Positions 19,323 to 28,362 of a stretch of 64,000 bases of DNA are shown in pieces; position 1 is the first letter of the stretch, and the number at the start of each line of letters is the position of its first letter. The stretch lies in IMG/VR virus record IMGVR_UViG_3300042294_003246; one strand, written 5' to 3'. Source of the DNA: a virus. Lineage: Duplodnaviria > Caudoviricetes. The translations under genes were made by a program, and so were the position numbers. The notes below the pieces were generated by a model, which was given only the letters and a program-made list of their open reading frames with translations, searched no databases and was not told where the DNA came from.

Positions 19323-19709
19323 ATGACAGATAAAGAAATGAATGAGTTTTTGGAATCCATTGGAGGATTAGAAAATGGATTTTACAATGATAGACCACCA
19401 ATTAAAGACTCCGGATTCTTTGATGTTGGTTCTGGTTGGTATTCACTAATTAAGGATCTTATAATTGATCTTATTGAGTTAGGATGGGATAAACAAACTT
19501 GTCAGGTGAAGGAAAAGTTTGGTGGATTAAGATTTTATATTAACGGGGCATCAAACGAGGTTCATAAAAGAATAAGTCGGGCGGAAAATCTAAGTTATGA
19601 AACTTGTGAGAAATGTGGCGAAAAAGGAGAATTAAGAACAAATATTGGTTGGCATACCACATTATGCGATAAACATTATGAAGAACATAAATCAAATATT
19701 CAAAGGTAA
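19323..19709 (+). CDS. Conserved phage hypothetical, paralogue of 7014
   Basis: QVKEKFGGLRFY. Confidence 0.75.
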   Translation: MTDKEMNEFLESIGGLENGFYNDRPPIKDSGFFDVGSGWYSLIKDLIIDLIELGWDKQTCQVKEKFGGLRFYINGASNEVHKRISRAENLSYETCEKCGEKGELRTNIGWHTTLCDKHYEEHKSNIQR

Positions 19710-19989
19710 TGAACATTTAATGGATTTGGCACCTATTGAGGAGTTAATCGACTATTGTGTTGAGTTGGAAGGTCAGGTGCTTGAAAAAAAAATAGATGAT
19801 ACTTATAGTAAAGAAGAAATTTATTTACAGATACTAAAAGACATCTATGATAGTTGTATCAATACTTTGACCGATGATGAGTTGGCTCAAACATTTGAAG
19901 AACTACCAAAAACAGATTTTAAACAATCTGTAATAAATTTAAAAAAATACATGGAGGCCGTATCAGAATTATACGGTATTAGATTATGA
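19645..19989 (+). CDS. Hypothetical protein, paralogue of 7357
   Basis: ELIDYCVELEG; real start probably the later MKNINQ. Confidence 0.65.
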   Translation: MVGIPHYAINIMKNINQIFKGNEHLMDLAPIEELIDYCVELEGQVLEKKIDDTYSKEEIYLQILKDIYDSCINTLTDDELAQTFEELPKTDFKQSVINLKKYMEAVSELYGIRL

Positions 19990-20303
19990 GTGAAACAACA
20001 AAACAAAAAGTAAAAATGATTATGGTCCAAGAAAAACCATATATCGTATCGTTAGAGAAAATCGAAATCGGTGATAATGTTATAGTTACAGTTGCAGGTC
20101 AACACGGATCACTTATAAAATGTGAAAACGAGACAATTTATAATTTGGTCACACAAAATAAACTTTCTTCAAATCAGGCGTATAAGGTCTTCATGGAACC
20201 AGAAAACATTAAATTTCAAGCAGATCAAATTGAAAAGATCTTGGAAAATGATGGGTTAATGGACGTTGAGTTTGAGAATGGAGTATATAAATACAGCATA
20301 TGA
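19986..20303 (+). CDS. Hypothetical protein
   Basis: ORF; its 3' end recurs as a fragment at about 29335-29408. Confidence 0.7.
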   Translation: MSETTKQKVKMIMVQEKPYIVSLEKIEIGDNVIVTVAGQHGSLIKCENETIYNLVTQNKLSSNQAYKVFMEPENIKFQADQIEKILENDGLMDVEFENGVYKYSI

Positions 20304-20409
20304 CAAACGTTTTAGAAACTTATGTTCATCTATATGGAATATTATTTGTAATCAACATAATCGGGTTTTATTTACTCTATAGATATTTTAAGAAAAGAAA
20401 AAAGAAATA

Positions 20410-20625
20410 ATGGCTTATATTGAACACAACTTCTTTCCCTTAAAAGTTTGGGTTAGAAATGAATACATGTATCAACATAAAAAAGGACTTGGTGAATTGA
20501 CACCAGGAGTTATAATCTCTGTTAGATGCATGCCAGGTCAAGCGGCACTATTTCAGGTGTTATTGGAAAATGGTGTTTTAAGAGACAAACTCCCAAGTCA
20601 TGCTTTATGGTTAAGATCAAGATAA
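20410..20625 (+). pseudogene. Truncated copy of the 29512 gene
   Basis: Matches the first ~66 aa of ORF 29512 up to KLPSHAL, then diverges and stops. Confidence 0.75.
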
Positions 20626-20696
20626 ATTTATTTTGAACGAAAAGTTTAGTATAAATACCTATTGTCTGAACTTTAAAAAAATCTTATATTTGTATT

Positions 20697-21014
20697 ATGG
20701 AAAAAGTTATTATTGAAAAAGATAAATTACGCAAATGTGTGATCTTGGAAAAAGATGGTGAATATGTATTTCGTTCAGGACATGGAGAGTTCCACGAAGA
20801 TGTTGCAAATAGATCCAAAGAACTTGAACCAGAATTAAAGGATTGGAGAATTCTTGGTGGTGGAAGAGTTAGATGGTCTGATCTTGGAATTAGAGTATAT
20901 GGACGATCAATTGATTATGGTTATATGGATAAAGAGATCGTGGAAGAACTTGTTTCAGAGTTCGCAAAAGAAAATGGTGTTGAATTTACTAACGATACAG
21001 GAATAGGATATTAA
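20697..21014 (+). CDS. Janus/Ocnus family (PHPT1-like phosphohistidine phosphatase) protein
   Basis: EFHEDV, ILGGGRV, IRVYGRSIDYG match the PHPT1 pattern EYHADI / LGGGRI / IHVYGYSMAYG as recalled. Confidence 0.65.
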   Translation: MEKVIIEKDKLRKCVILEKDGEYVFRSGHGEFHEDVANRSKELEPELKDWRILGGGRVRWSDLGIRVYGRSIDYGYMDKEIVEELVSEFAKENGVEFTNDTGIGY

Positions 21015-21015
21015 A

Positions 21016-21585
21016 ATGAAAAATCCATCAGGAAAAAAATTAGATAAGATTTTGTTCAAACTATTTGACCAAATGATTGAAGGTGTTGACCAATACAATC
21101 ATAGTGGTAGTTTATGGATCATCTTTACCAATGAACGACAATGGGTTGTTGAATATACCGAAGGAGGAACTCTATGGTATAACTACAAACTATTCAAAAA
21201 TGAAATGGAATTGGTTGGTATGGATTGCGTTGAAAATAAAGAATACATAACCAGATGGTTTGAATATAGATTTTTGAATAAACCAAAGGTTGATAAAACT
21301 TGGGACAATCCGGTAGATGTGTGGTATCAAATTGAAGACACCATTCAAAATGGGGTGAAGAACACCAAGGTTAGGTCCGCATTGCGCAGGATATCAGTTG
21401 AAGATACCATTCAAAATGGGGTGAAACACACCGGCGGAAAATTGGCTTCGCTGGCCGACCTGGTTGAAGACACCATTCAAAACGGGGTAAAGGAGACCCA
21501 AGAGTGGCGTTTGGATGCGACTCATTATATTATAGACACAATTGAAAATGGAGTGAAACAAACAAAACGAAGTTATGATGGTTAA
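21016..21585 (+). CDS. Paralogue of 9980 with in-frame repeat-spacer units
   Basis: MKNPSGKKL N-domain plus xEDTIQNGVK units. Confidence 0.8.
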   Translation: MKNPSGKKLDKILFKLFDQMIEGVDQYNHSGSLWIIFTNERQWVVEYTEGGTLWYNYKLFKNEMELVGMDCVENKEYITRWFEYRFLNKPKVDKTWDNPVDVWYQIEDTIQNGVKNTKVRSALRRISVEDTIQNGVKHTGGKLASLADLVEDTIQNGVKETQEWRLDATHYIIDTIENGVKQTKRSYDG

Positions 21586-21702
21586 AGAAAACAGAGAACG
21601 AAATATGTCGTTGAAAATGGGGTGAAACACACTACAGGAACATCAACTGACTTACGATATAAAAGGGTTGAATATACCATTCAAAACGGAGAAAAAATTA
21701 AA
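21331..21702. CRISPR. CRISPR-like array: repeats at 21331, 21397, 21463, 21529 and degenerate 21598, 21667
   Basis: 36-nt repeats; spacers 30,30,30,33,33 nt; first three spacers 47-63% GC; array continues past the ORF stop. Confidence 0.7.
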
Positions 21703-21706
21703 TAAA

Positions 21707-22897
21707 ATGAATAATCCATCAGGAAAAAAATTAGAGAAACTTGTCTTTGGGTTGTTTGACCAAATGATTGAAGGTGCAGACAAGTATATTACAGAACAAG
21801 GTTCAACTTGGTTGATCTTTACCGAAGACAAAAGATGGGTGGTTGAATTCACAAAAGATAAAACTTTGTGGTTCAACTATAACCTATTTCAAAATGAGTT
21901 AGATCTAGTCAGTAAGGACTGCACTCAAGAAAGAGATTTGATCAAGAACTGGTTTGAATCAAGATTTTTGGGTATTGATGTGGTTGAGGAAAGTTTAAGC
22001 ACTGCTGGAAAACCATTGAAGGTTAAAGATACCATTCAAAATGGGGTGAAACACACTTGGGATTTAAATGCGGATGAAATTTCTGCAGTTAAAGACACCA
22101 TTCAAAATGGGGTAAGACACACCGATTATTTTGAATATACTAATAATACCTTAGTTGAAGATACCATTCAAGAGGGGGTGAAAGAAACCAATTACAAAAT
22201 TGGTTACCGAAAAGGTGGTATTGAAATCGCAATTCAAAATGGTGTAAAAGAAACACGAACATTCAATTCACCACCAATTAAATACATTGAAGACACCATT
22301 CAAAATGGGGTGAAAGAAACAACACCTAGTGGTTATTTGGGTTCAATGGAGATGAAAGGGAAAATAGTTCATCAAATTGAATCTCCAAAACAAAATAATG
22401 AGGTTGAAGACACCATTCAAAATGGGGTAAGACACACCGAAGTAGATGGGATGAGGATAAGGAGTGGGGTTAAGGACGCCATTCAAAATGGAGTAAAGGA
22501 CACTGTGTTAGCAAAAACGGATAGATTAGTCGGTATTGAAGACACCATTCAAAGTGGTATTAAAGACGTATCTGATAGACCATTCACATTTGGATCAAGT
22601 ATTGATGATGCCATTGAAAATGGTGTTAAAGAAACTAGAGAGGTAACATTCTTGAACCAAATGTTTATTGAAGAAACAATTGAAAAAGTTACACCAGATG
22701 GTGGAGTTGAAATTCCTTCTGATATGAAAGTTGGAACTGGATTGATGAATATGGTAAAAGAATTACGTGATAATGAATGGAGAACATTTGAACATCACGA
22801 TAATTGGATTAAAAACGAACATTATCCAAATCCAACATTTGAACAACAATTTGATACAGGTAATGCTTATAAAGAAATGTTAAAAACTAAAATTTAA
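21707..22897 (+). CDS. Paralogue of 9980 with ~10 repeat units and unrelated C-terminal tail
   Basis: Start placed at ATG 21707 (MNNPSGKK) by paralogy. Confidence 0.8.
   Translation: MNNPSGKKLEKLVFGLFDQMIEGADKYITEQGSTWLIFTEDKRWVVEFTKDKTLWFNYNLFQNELDLVSKDCTQERDLIKNWFESRFLGIDVVEESLSTAGKPLKVKDTIQNGVKHTWDLNADEISAVKDTIQNGVRHTDYFEYTNNTLVEDTIQEGVKETNYKIGYRKGGIEIAIQNGVKETRTFNSPPIKYIEDTIQNGVKETTPSGYLGSMEMKGKIVHQIESPKQNNEVEDTIQNGVRHTEVDGMRIRSGVKDAIQNGVKDTVLAKTDRLVGIEDTIQSGIKDVSDRPFTFGSSIDDAIENGVKETREVTFLNQMFIEETIEKVTPDGGVEIPSDMKVGTGLMNMVKELRDNEWRTFEHHDNWIKNEHYPNPTFEQQFDTGNAYKEMLKTKI
22022..22702. CRISPR. CRISPR-like array: repeats at 22022, 22088, 22154, 22220, 22286, 22403, 22469, 22535, 22601, 22667
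   Basis: Eight 30-nt spacers and one 81-nt; repeats degenerate toward the right. Confidence 0.65.
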
Positions 22898-22901
22898 AAC
22901 T

Positions 22902-23552
22902 ATGATGAAAATTGAAGCAAAAAAAGACGGTAAAGGAAACATTGTAATATCGGAAGATTCCTTTGAAATGATACTGGCTTGTTTAGACAATCAAAAATTT
23001 GTTGGTGAACAGCCACAAAATGGTGATTCGCTTTCGGTAGGCGAAGACAACTATTGGAAAGGACAAGAAGATATTCAAAACACTATTGACCATTATAATA
23101 GAGAATGTAGAAAAATATTACATCAAAAATATGTTTTAAGAACAGAATGTGATGGTTATTTTCTTGCAAAAAAATACGAACATCAAACAGAAGATGCTGA
23201 ATGGACTGGTGAAGATGTTGGATTAGTATATGAACTATTCAAAGATACAAGAATAATTTATAATGAAACAAGAGATTTATTACCATTGGATGGCTCGGAA
23301 AAAATTATAGAGGGAACTGAACCTATTGGTAAAACGAAAGATGGTTGGATTGCAGTTAAACCTGAACCAACACCTTGGTTAATTGAAAGACCATTAAGGT
23401 ATGATTATCAATATTTGACAATTTCAGAAGACGGTAAAACAAATAGAACTTGGAAACAAGATGAAATTAACAAAATTCAAGAATTATTTAATGGTGGGGG
23501 AGAAAAAAGAAAAGAAAAAGATATTACAGACGAACCTTCAATCGAAGACTAA
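22902..23552 (+). CDS. Hypothetical protein
   Basis: 216-aa ORF ending just before the first attC. Confidence 0.7.
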   Translation: MMKIEAKKDGKGNIVISEDSFEMILACLDNQKFVGEQPQNGDSLSVGEDNYWKGQEDIQNTIDHYNRECRKILHQKYVLRTECDGYFLAKKYEHQTEDAEWTGEDVGLVYELFKDTRIIYNETRDLLPLDGSEKIIEGTEPIGKTKDGWIAVKPEPTPWLIERPLRYDYQYLTISEDGKTNRTWKQDEINKIQELFNGGGEKRKEKDITDEPSIED

Positions 23553-23564
23553 ATGTAGTATTAC

Positions 23565-23658
23565 TGCTAACGTTGAAGCATTTGTGTCAGGCGGGCATAG
23601 ATGCAACTTAATATTAACCGCAAGCTGTCCGCCCGCTTGCACAAATGCAGTGTTAGCT
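23565..23658 (+). other. attC site 1
   Basis: TGCTAAC...GCATTTGTGTCAGGCGGGC / GCCCGCTTGCACAAATGC...GTTAGCT. Confidence 0.85.
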
Positions 23659-23669
23659 GCCGTTTAATT

Positions 23670-23876
23670 ATGGAAAGAACAATTAGAACATTAAAAGAAA
23701 TGCGTGAAAAGGCTGAAAGGTCTTTTATTGAAAACTCTATCATTGTCCACAGGGCAAGTTTGGACAGTCCAATACCCGATACAAAGTCGGATTTGGAAAT
23801 GATTATTGAGTTGAACCAAGCAATATCAATTTTGCAAAATGCTACTATGGCGAAGTCTGTCGTAAATGGCAGCTAA
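23670..23876 (+). CDS. Cassette 1 ORF (hypothetical)
   Basis: ATG 23670; TAA lies in the R'' box. Confidence 0.7.
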   Translation: MERTIRTLKEMREKAERSFIENSIIVHRASLDSPIPDTKSDLEMIIELNQAISILQNATMAKSVVNGS

Positions 23877-24001
23877 CGAAAAAGGCTTTGTGCAGGTGGG
23901 GATTTGGAACACGAAAGTTTCAAATCAGTACAAAAGCCTATTAGAATTACTGCTGTTTAATTTAGCAATTCAGCCCCACTTGCACAAAACCGATGTTACC
24001 T
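23871..24001 (+). other. attC site 2
   Basis: AGCTAAC...TTTGTGCAGGTGGGG / CCCCACTTGCACAAA...GTTACCT. Confidence 0.85.
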
Positions 24002-24058
24002 GCCGTTTTTTGTCGGTAACTCACAGATTTGATTTATAAACAATTAAAATAAAGTAAA

Positions 24059-24418
24059 ATGGAAAATTTAAAAGTAGTAAAAATTGATTCAGATTCATTA
24101 GAATTTGATAATGGAATGATTTTATTTTCAGACCACGACCAACAATGCTGTGAGCATCACTATTTGTCTTTGTCAGATTTGACATTGGATGATTTTAAAG
24201 GATTGGAATTTGATTTGTCAAATGATGATTTCTTTGAAAGAATAGAAGATTATGGAATAGCCTTAAAGCCTAAAAATGGACATCCTGTTAGAATACCTGG
24301 TTATGGCTCAAACAACGGCTACTATTCATCAAATCTTGCTTTGATTATAACTAATACTGATGGTCGTGGTGTATTCAAGCAATATGATATTACTGAATGT
24401 CAAGAATGGAACGATTAG
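24059..24418 (+). CDS. Cassette 2 ORF (conserved phage hypothetical)
   Basis: HDQQCCE...GYGSNNGYYS motif. Confidence 0.75.
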   Translation: MENLKVVKIDSDSLEFDNGMILFSDHDQQCCEHHYLSLSDLTLDDFKGLEFDLSNDDFFERIEDYGIALKPKNGHPVRIPGYGSNNGYYSSNLALIITNTDGRGVFKQYDITECQEWND

Positions 24419-24437
24419 CGGTCTGTCTTAAAATGGC

Positions 24438-24569
24438 AGGTAACGGTACTTGTGTAAATTTCAGTGCCGTAAAATTAGTATAAACTTTAAATTAAAAATA
24501 AAATGAAAAATCAAGTAGAAAATTATCAACAAAGCACTGCACAGGCATTGAATTTACACAATGTTAGCA
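24438..24569 (+). other. attC site 3 (contains start codon of next ORF)
   Basis: AGGTAAC...TTGTGTAAATTTCAGTGCC / GGCATTGAATTTACACAA...GTTAGCA. Confidence 0.85.
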
Positions 24570-24736
24570 GTAGTGCCAAAGGTGGACTTCGTAAAATTAA
24601 AGATGCAGAGCAACCTTGCCTACATCCTGACCATAACCCACCGATGCACATTTATTTAACAGCAGGAACTTATGAATATACCTGCCCTTCTTGTGGCAAG
24701 GTTACGACATTTACAGTACCATTGATTACGTTTTGA
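24503..24736 (+). CDS. Cassette 3 ORF (small CxxC protein), starts inside attC3
   Basis: CLHPDHNPP...CPSCG. Confidence 0.7.
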   Translation: MKNQVENYQQSTAQALNLHNVSSSAKGGLRKIKDAEQPCLHPDHNPPMHIYLTAGTYEYTCPSCGKVTTFTVPLITF

Positions 24737-24745
24737 TGGCATTAC

Positions 24746-24830
24746 TGCTAACGGTTTCAAATATGAGAAGTAAATTTTACCTATAAAAATTTGGAAAATC
24801 AAAATTTATTTCTTATATTTGTTGTTATAA
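24746..24830 (+). other. attC site 4
   Basis: TGCTAAC...CAAATATGAGAAGTAAATTTT / AAAATTTATTTCTTATATTTG...GTTATAA. Confidence 0.85.
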
Positions 24831-24870
24831 GTATGTATTATTTTTGTTTTACCTTATAAAAAAATTAAAT

Positions 24871-25146
24871 ATGGAAAATTATATTATTAAAACCCCTGAA
24901 ATAGAGTTTAATAAAGAAGATGTATCAGATTATAAGTTCTTAGGTACATTTAAAGATGTTGATAGTGGAATACCTAAAGTAATTGTATCAAAAATAGAAG
25001 ATACATTAAAAAATTTAGATTCTAATTTGAAAGTCACACCAATGATGGTTGACCCAGAAACTTTAGATATTGTATTCGGTATATTAGAAACAAATGAAGA
25101 AAGTGTTAAGTTAAAATATCATATAAAAATCACAAAACAAAAATAA
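24871..25146 (+). CDS. Cassette 4 ORF (hypothetical)
   Basis: ATG 24871. Confidence 0.65.
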   Translation: MENYIIKTPEIEFNKEDVSDYKFLGTFKDVDSGIPKVIVSKIEDTLKNLDSNLKVTPMMVDPETLDIVFGILETNEESVKLKYHIKITKQK

Positions 25147-25152
25147 TATTAC

Positions 25153-25273
25153 TTATAACGGTTGCAAATATAAGCAGTTATTAACGAAACTTAATTAAAA
25201 GAACAAAATTAAATATTAACCAACAACATTTATTTGGAAGTAATGAAATAATTGCTTATATTTGTTGTTATAA
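25153..25273 (+). other. attC site 5
   Basis: TTATAAC...CAAATATAAGCAGTTATT / AATAATTGCTTATATTTG...GTTATAA. Confidence 0.85.
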
Positions 25274-25285
25274 AACGTTATTTAT

Positions 25286-25486
25286 ATGGAAATAAAATTT
25301 TATTGGAACGGAAGTTTTGCTGGTACTAATCACAGTATGACTATAAATAAAAAAGAGATTAGATTAGGTGGAGTTGTTTCAAACGAAGATGAAGCAAAAC
25401 TGGAAGCAATTGAAATACTCAAAAGAGATTATAATATTGACTACAATGTTGATGAAATAAAATTTGAGTGGGGTGGTCGTTTATAA
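25286..25486 (+). CDS. Cassette 5 ORF (hypothetical)
   Basis: ORF fills cassette. Confidence 0.65.
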   Translation: MEIKFYWNGSFAGTNHSMTINKKEIRLGGVVSNEDEAKLEAIEILKRDYNIDYNVDEIKFEWGGRL

Positions 25487-25490
25487 TGTT

Positions 25491-25622
25491 TTATAACGGT
25501 TGAGTATAACCGAAGGTGGGGATTAAAAGTGCTAAACCCAGACTTACCTACAAAAGTAAATTAGAAGCACAATAACTGATTTTGGGAACTACCGCCCCAC
25601 TTTTGGTTATACTTTGTTAGCG
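25491..25622 (+). other. attC site 6
   Basis: TTATAAC...GTATAACCGAAGGTGGGG / CCCCACTTTTGGTTATAC...GTTAGCG. Confidence 0.85.
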
Positions 25623-25642
25623 GTATGTAAAATTTACGTATT

Positions 25643-25828
25643 ATGAAAGAAATAGAATTGTTAATCAGAAGAGAAAATGCTTTATCTAAGCAAAATTTGT
25701 TATACCAATTATTAGGTAAATTTGGTGATGATTTACCTAAACAGATACAAGATGCTGTAAGATTGATGGCAGAAGAAGAAGGTAGAGAGTATAACAAATT
25801 AGGTACTAAGGTTGCGGAACGGTTGTAG
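25643..25828 (+). CDS. Cassette 6 ORF (hypothetical)
   Basis: ORF fills cassette. Confidence 0.65.
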   Translation: MKEIELLIRRENALSKQNLLYQLLGKFGDDLPKQIQDAVRLMAEEEGREYNKLGTKVAERL

Positions 25829-25841
25829 TAAATTTTATTAC

Positions 25842-25924
25842 CGCTAACGTTTTGCGGCTTTGTGTCAGGCTGCGAAGCGTTGGCATTGAGCGGTCGGGCA
25901 GCTTGCACAAAACCGCTGTTATAC
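25842..25924 (+). other. attC site 7
   Basis: CGCTAAC...TTTGTGTCAGGCTGC / GCAGCTTGCACAAA...GTTATAC. Confidence 0.85.
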
Positions 25925-25960
25925 GCTGGCACGGTTAATTAACAACAAAATTTAATTGAA

Positions 25961-26338
25961 ATGAATATAGATGACTTATTTAAAATCGAACCACAAGAGC
26001 CATACAAGATGAGCCAAAAAGAGTTCGTTGAAAAAACAAAATCTGTTTTAGAAAAAATCTACAATGCTTATTCAAAAGGATGGCAAAGTAGGGTTTTGAG
26101 AGATGGAGAACACCCCGAAGAAAGTGTATGTGATAAATGCACTGGTTGTGGTGTTTTCTTGGAAAATGGAGAAGAAAGAGATTGTGTTCAAGATAGAGAA
26201 CAAGGAGATTGTTTTCACAGATTTTGTGATTACGAACAGGTAGGAATGGATTTAGAAACTCATCTTGCAGATATATCCGATTTACTTTCGGTAGATGAAA
26301 TTGTCAATACGGAGCAGAATGGTAGTGCTTGCGTATAA
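25961..26338 (+). CDS. Cassette 7 ORF (Cys-rich hypothetical)
   Basis: TAA in R'' box. Confidence 0.7.
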   Translation: MNIDDLFKIEPQEPYKMSQKEFVEKTKSVLEKIYNAYSKGWQSRVLRDGEHPEESVCDKCTGCGVFLENGEERDCVQDREQGDCFHRFCDYEQVGMDLETHLADISDLLSVDEIVNTEQNGSACV

Positions 26339-26386
26339 CGTCCGATGATAAACAATCGTTTTAATGTTGTTTATCATTTGTTATGT
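26333..26386 (+). other. attC site 8 (short type)
   Basis: GTATAACGTCCGATGATAAACAATCGTTTTAATGTTGTTTATCATTTGTTATGT. Confidence 0.85.
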
Positions 26387-26495
26387 GTAGTAATTTTGTG
26401 GGTGGAAATTCTTAATTTGAACTATTTATATATAAAATCTCAGATATATTCAGTTCTGAGATTTTATATATAAACTTAAAATAAAAGACAGAACT

Positions 26496-26768
26496 ATGAA
26501 AGAGAATAGAATTAAGAGATTTAAAAACTTCTTAAAAGAAGGAAAATCATATTTAGATGGTTCTGGTGAAAGAGGATTTTCACCGATGGAAATCAAACAA
26601 CTAAATATAGGTGATAAAATAACTTTTCACTTTAATAAATCTTTAATGGACGGTGTTATAACAGATAAAGAAGAACTTCAAAACGGAGACACTTTGTTTA
26701 GTATAGAAACAGAAAAAGGAGTATTGAAGAAAAGTCATAGAAATTTAGAAGTTTATAAAATTTATTAG
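26496..26768 (+). CDS. Cassette 8 ORF (hypothetical, IKRFKNFLKE leader)
   Basis: ORF preceded by TATTTAT motif. Confidence 0.7.
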   Translation: MKENRIKRFKNFLKEGKSYLDGSGERGFSPMEIKQLNIGDKITFHFNKSLMDGVITDKEELQNGDTLFSIETEKGVLKKSHRNLEVYKIY

Positions 26769-26790
26769 TAGGTGGGTAAAAAATTATTAC

Positions 26791-26924
26791 ACATAACGGT
26801 TGGGCGGTTGGCGTTCGTTGCCGACTTTGGAACACGAAACTTTAATTTAAAAACAAAATTTGATATGGAAAACAACACTTCAATTAACCACGAAAACGGC
26901 AATGACGCTAACCGCTTGTTAGCG
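26791..26924 (+). other. attC site 9 (contains start codon of next ORF)
   Basis: ACATAAC...GCGGTTGGCGTTCGTTGCCG / CGGCAATGACGCTAACCGC...GTTAGCG. Confidence 0.85.
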
Positions 26925-27146
26925 GCTGGTGCGGATTTAATCGGAAAGTTTTACGAAATGTTAAATCTTGATGATTCCGTAATGCACCGTTTTAAAATAA
27001 AGCATGTACGCACAGAAACGACTCCTGCTATTGACCATTCCGATGGCAGTCATTCACCAAGCAAAACACATGTTTTGGTTTCGGCAGAAGGTTCAGGGTG
27101 GTTTCGTTTGTATGGCGGTAAAACTGATAGAGTGGTGGAGGAGTAG
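26865..27146 (+). CDS. Cassette 9 ORF, starts inside attC9
   Basis: ATG 26865, MENNTSINHENGNDANRLLAAG. Confidence 0.65.
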   Translation: MENNTSINHENGNDANRLLAAGADLIGKFYEMLNLDDSVMHRFKIKHVRTETTPAIDHSDGSHSPSKTHVLVSAEGSGWFRLYGGKTDRVVEE

Positions 27147-27153
27147 CACTTGC

Positions 27154-27207
27154 CGCTAACGTCCGATGATAAACAATCGTTTTAATGTTGTTTATCATTT
27201 GTTATAA
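27154..27207 (+). other. attC site 10 (short type)
   Basis: Same core as attC8. Confidence 0.85.
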
Positions 27208-27224
27208 GTTGTTTTTTATTATAT

Positions 27225-27641
27225 TTGAATATGGTAGATTTAATAGTAAAGGAAATTGATGACTTTTATATGAATGAATTCAATCTTTTAAAAGAAGAAG
27301 TTCAAAAAAACATAAAAGTTGAGATTATAGATAGTTCAAAATTTGGGGATATAGGTGGGAGATTTAATTTTTTGAAACAGATAATATATGTAAATTCAGA
27401 ACAATCTAATGAGAATATGTTTCTAACACTTCTACATGAATATGGACATTTTCTAACTTTTAGAGATTATATCTATGTATATAATGTTTGTCCTTACGAA
27501 TATGGTAGAAATGTATTAAAACGAGAATTAGGTGCGTATTATCATGGGTGGAAATTCATAAAATCTAACTCAATTGGAGTTTCAAAAAATAAATGGAGAG
27601 AACACCATATTCAAATATTAAAAGATTATGAGATATTATGA
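27225..27641 (+). CDS. Cassette 10 ORF, HExxH metallopeptidase-like (ImmA/IrrE-like)
   Basis: LTLLHEYGH and downstream E..AY motif. Confidence 0.65.
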   Translation: MNMVDLIVKEIDDFYMNEFNLLKEEVQKNIKVEIIDSSKFGDIGGRFNFLKQIIYVNSEQSNENMFLTLLHEYGHFLTFRDYIYVYNVCPYEYGRNVLKRELGAYYHGWKFIKSNSIGVSKNKWREHHIQILKDYEIL

Positions 27642-27648
27642 AAATAAC

Positions 27649-27722
27649 TTATAACGTTTTGCACATACACGCTGTGAGCGTTGTATTGAGGGCAGGGAAA
27701 TAGCGTGTATGTGCTGTTATAG
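27649..27722 (+). other. attC site 11
   Basis: TTATAAC...GCACATACACGCT / AGCGTGTATGTGC...GTTATAG. Confidence 0.85.
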
Positions 27723-27774
27723 GCTGTATTTAAAAGTTTTTAGCGAAGGAATTAACAATTAAAATAAACATAAA

Positions 27775-28332
27775 ATGAAAAAAGTAAAAGAAGCATACGA
27801 TGAAATTTTAAAAGCATTACATAAACACAGAGAAATTTGCGTTTTTGATGTAAGTGAATTGGAAAGAAAAGCCAAAACACATTTATTTGGACTTGAACTG
27901 AAAGAAGTTTACGGGCTAAATATTGACTCTAAACAAATTAAAAATATGGATTGGGTTAGGTTTGGAGAATATAGGGCGATTGGGATGTGGGGCGAAAAAC
28001 ACAGAAGAACTATAATTTGGAGCGTTGATGGAATACAGCCCGAAGATGAAATGTTATTACAAATATGCTTTCCAACTGGTGCATACATTTTTGGAGAAGA
28101 TTATGCCGTAAATTTCTTTCAAAAGTTTTGGCTTGAATTAAAATCATTTACGCCTGATTACATAGACGAAGTAAATCTCGGATTATATTGGAAATTAGAA
28201 AACGCAAAAGATGTTTTTAACTCGTTTGATTTGCTTTTAAAAAAGTACTACGAACTTAATAAAGAAGATGCGAAACAAAGGAGAATTGAAAAGATGAAAA
28301 AAGAACTTGAGCAACTTGAAAACTCTAAATAG
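27775..28332 (+). CDS. Cassette 11 ORF (hypothetical)
   Basis: 185-aa ORF. Confidence 0.75.
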   Translation: MKKVKEAYDEILKALHKHREICVFDVSELERKAKTHLFGLELKEVYGLNIDSKQIKNMDWVRFGEYRAIGMWGEKHRRTIIWSVDGIQPEDEMLLQICFPTGAYIFGEDYAVNFFQKFWLELKSFTPDYIDEVNLGLYWKLENAKDVFNSFDLLLKKYYELNKEDAKQRRIEKMKKELEQLENSK

Positions 28333-28362
28333 TGCAATGGCAAAAAAACTTTTAAATATTGC

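Noticed and set aside
26772-26864. Upstream GTG start for cassette 9 ORF (also 23461 and 23601 ORFs)
   Set aside because: These frames run through attC stems; downstream ATGs with A-rich initiation context fit better.
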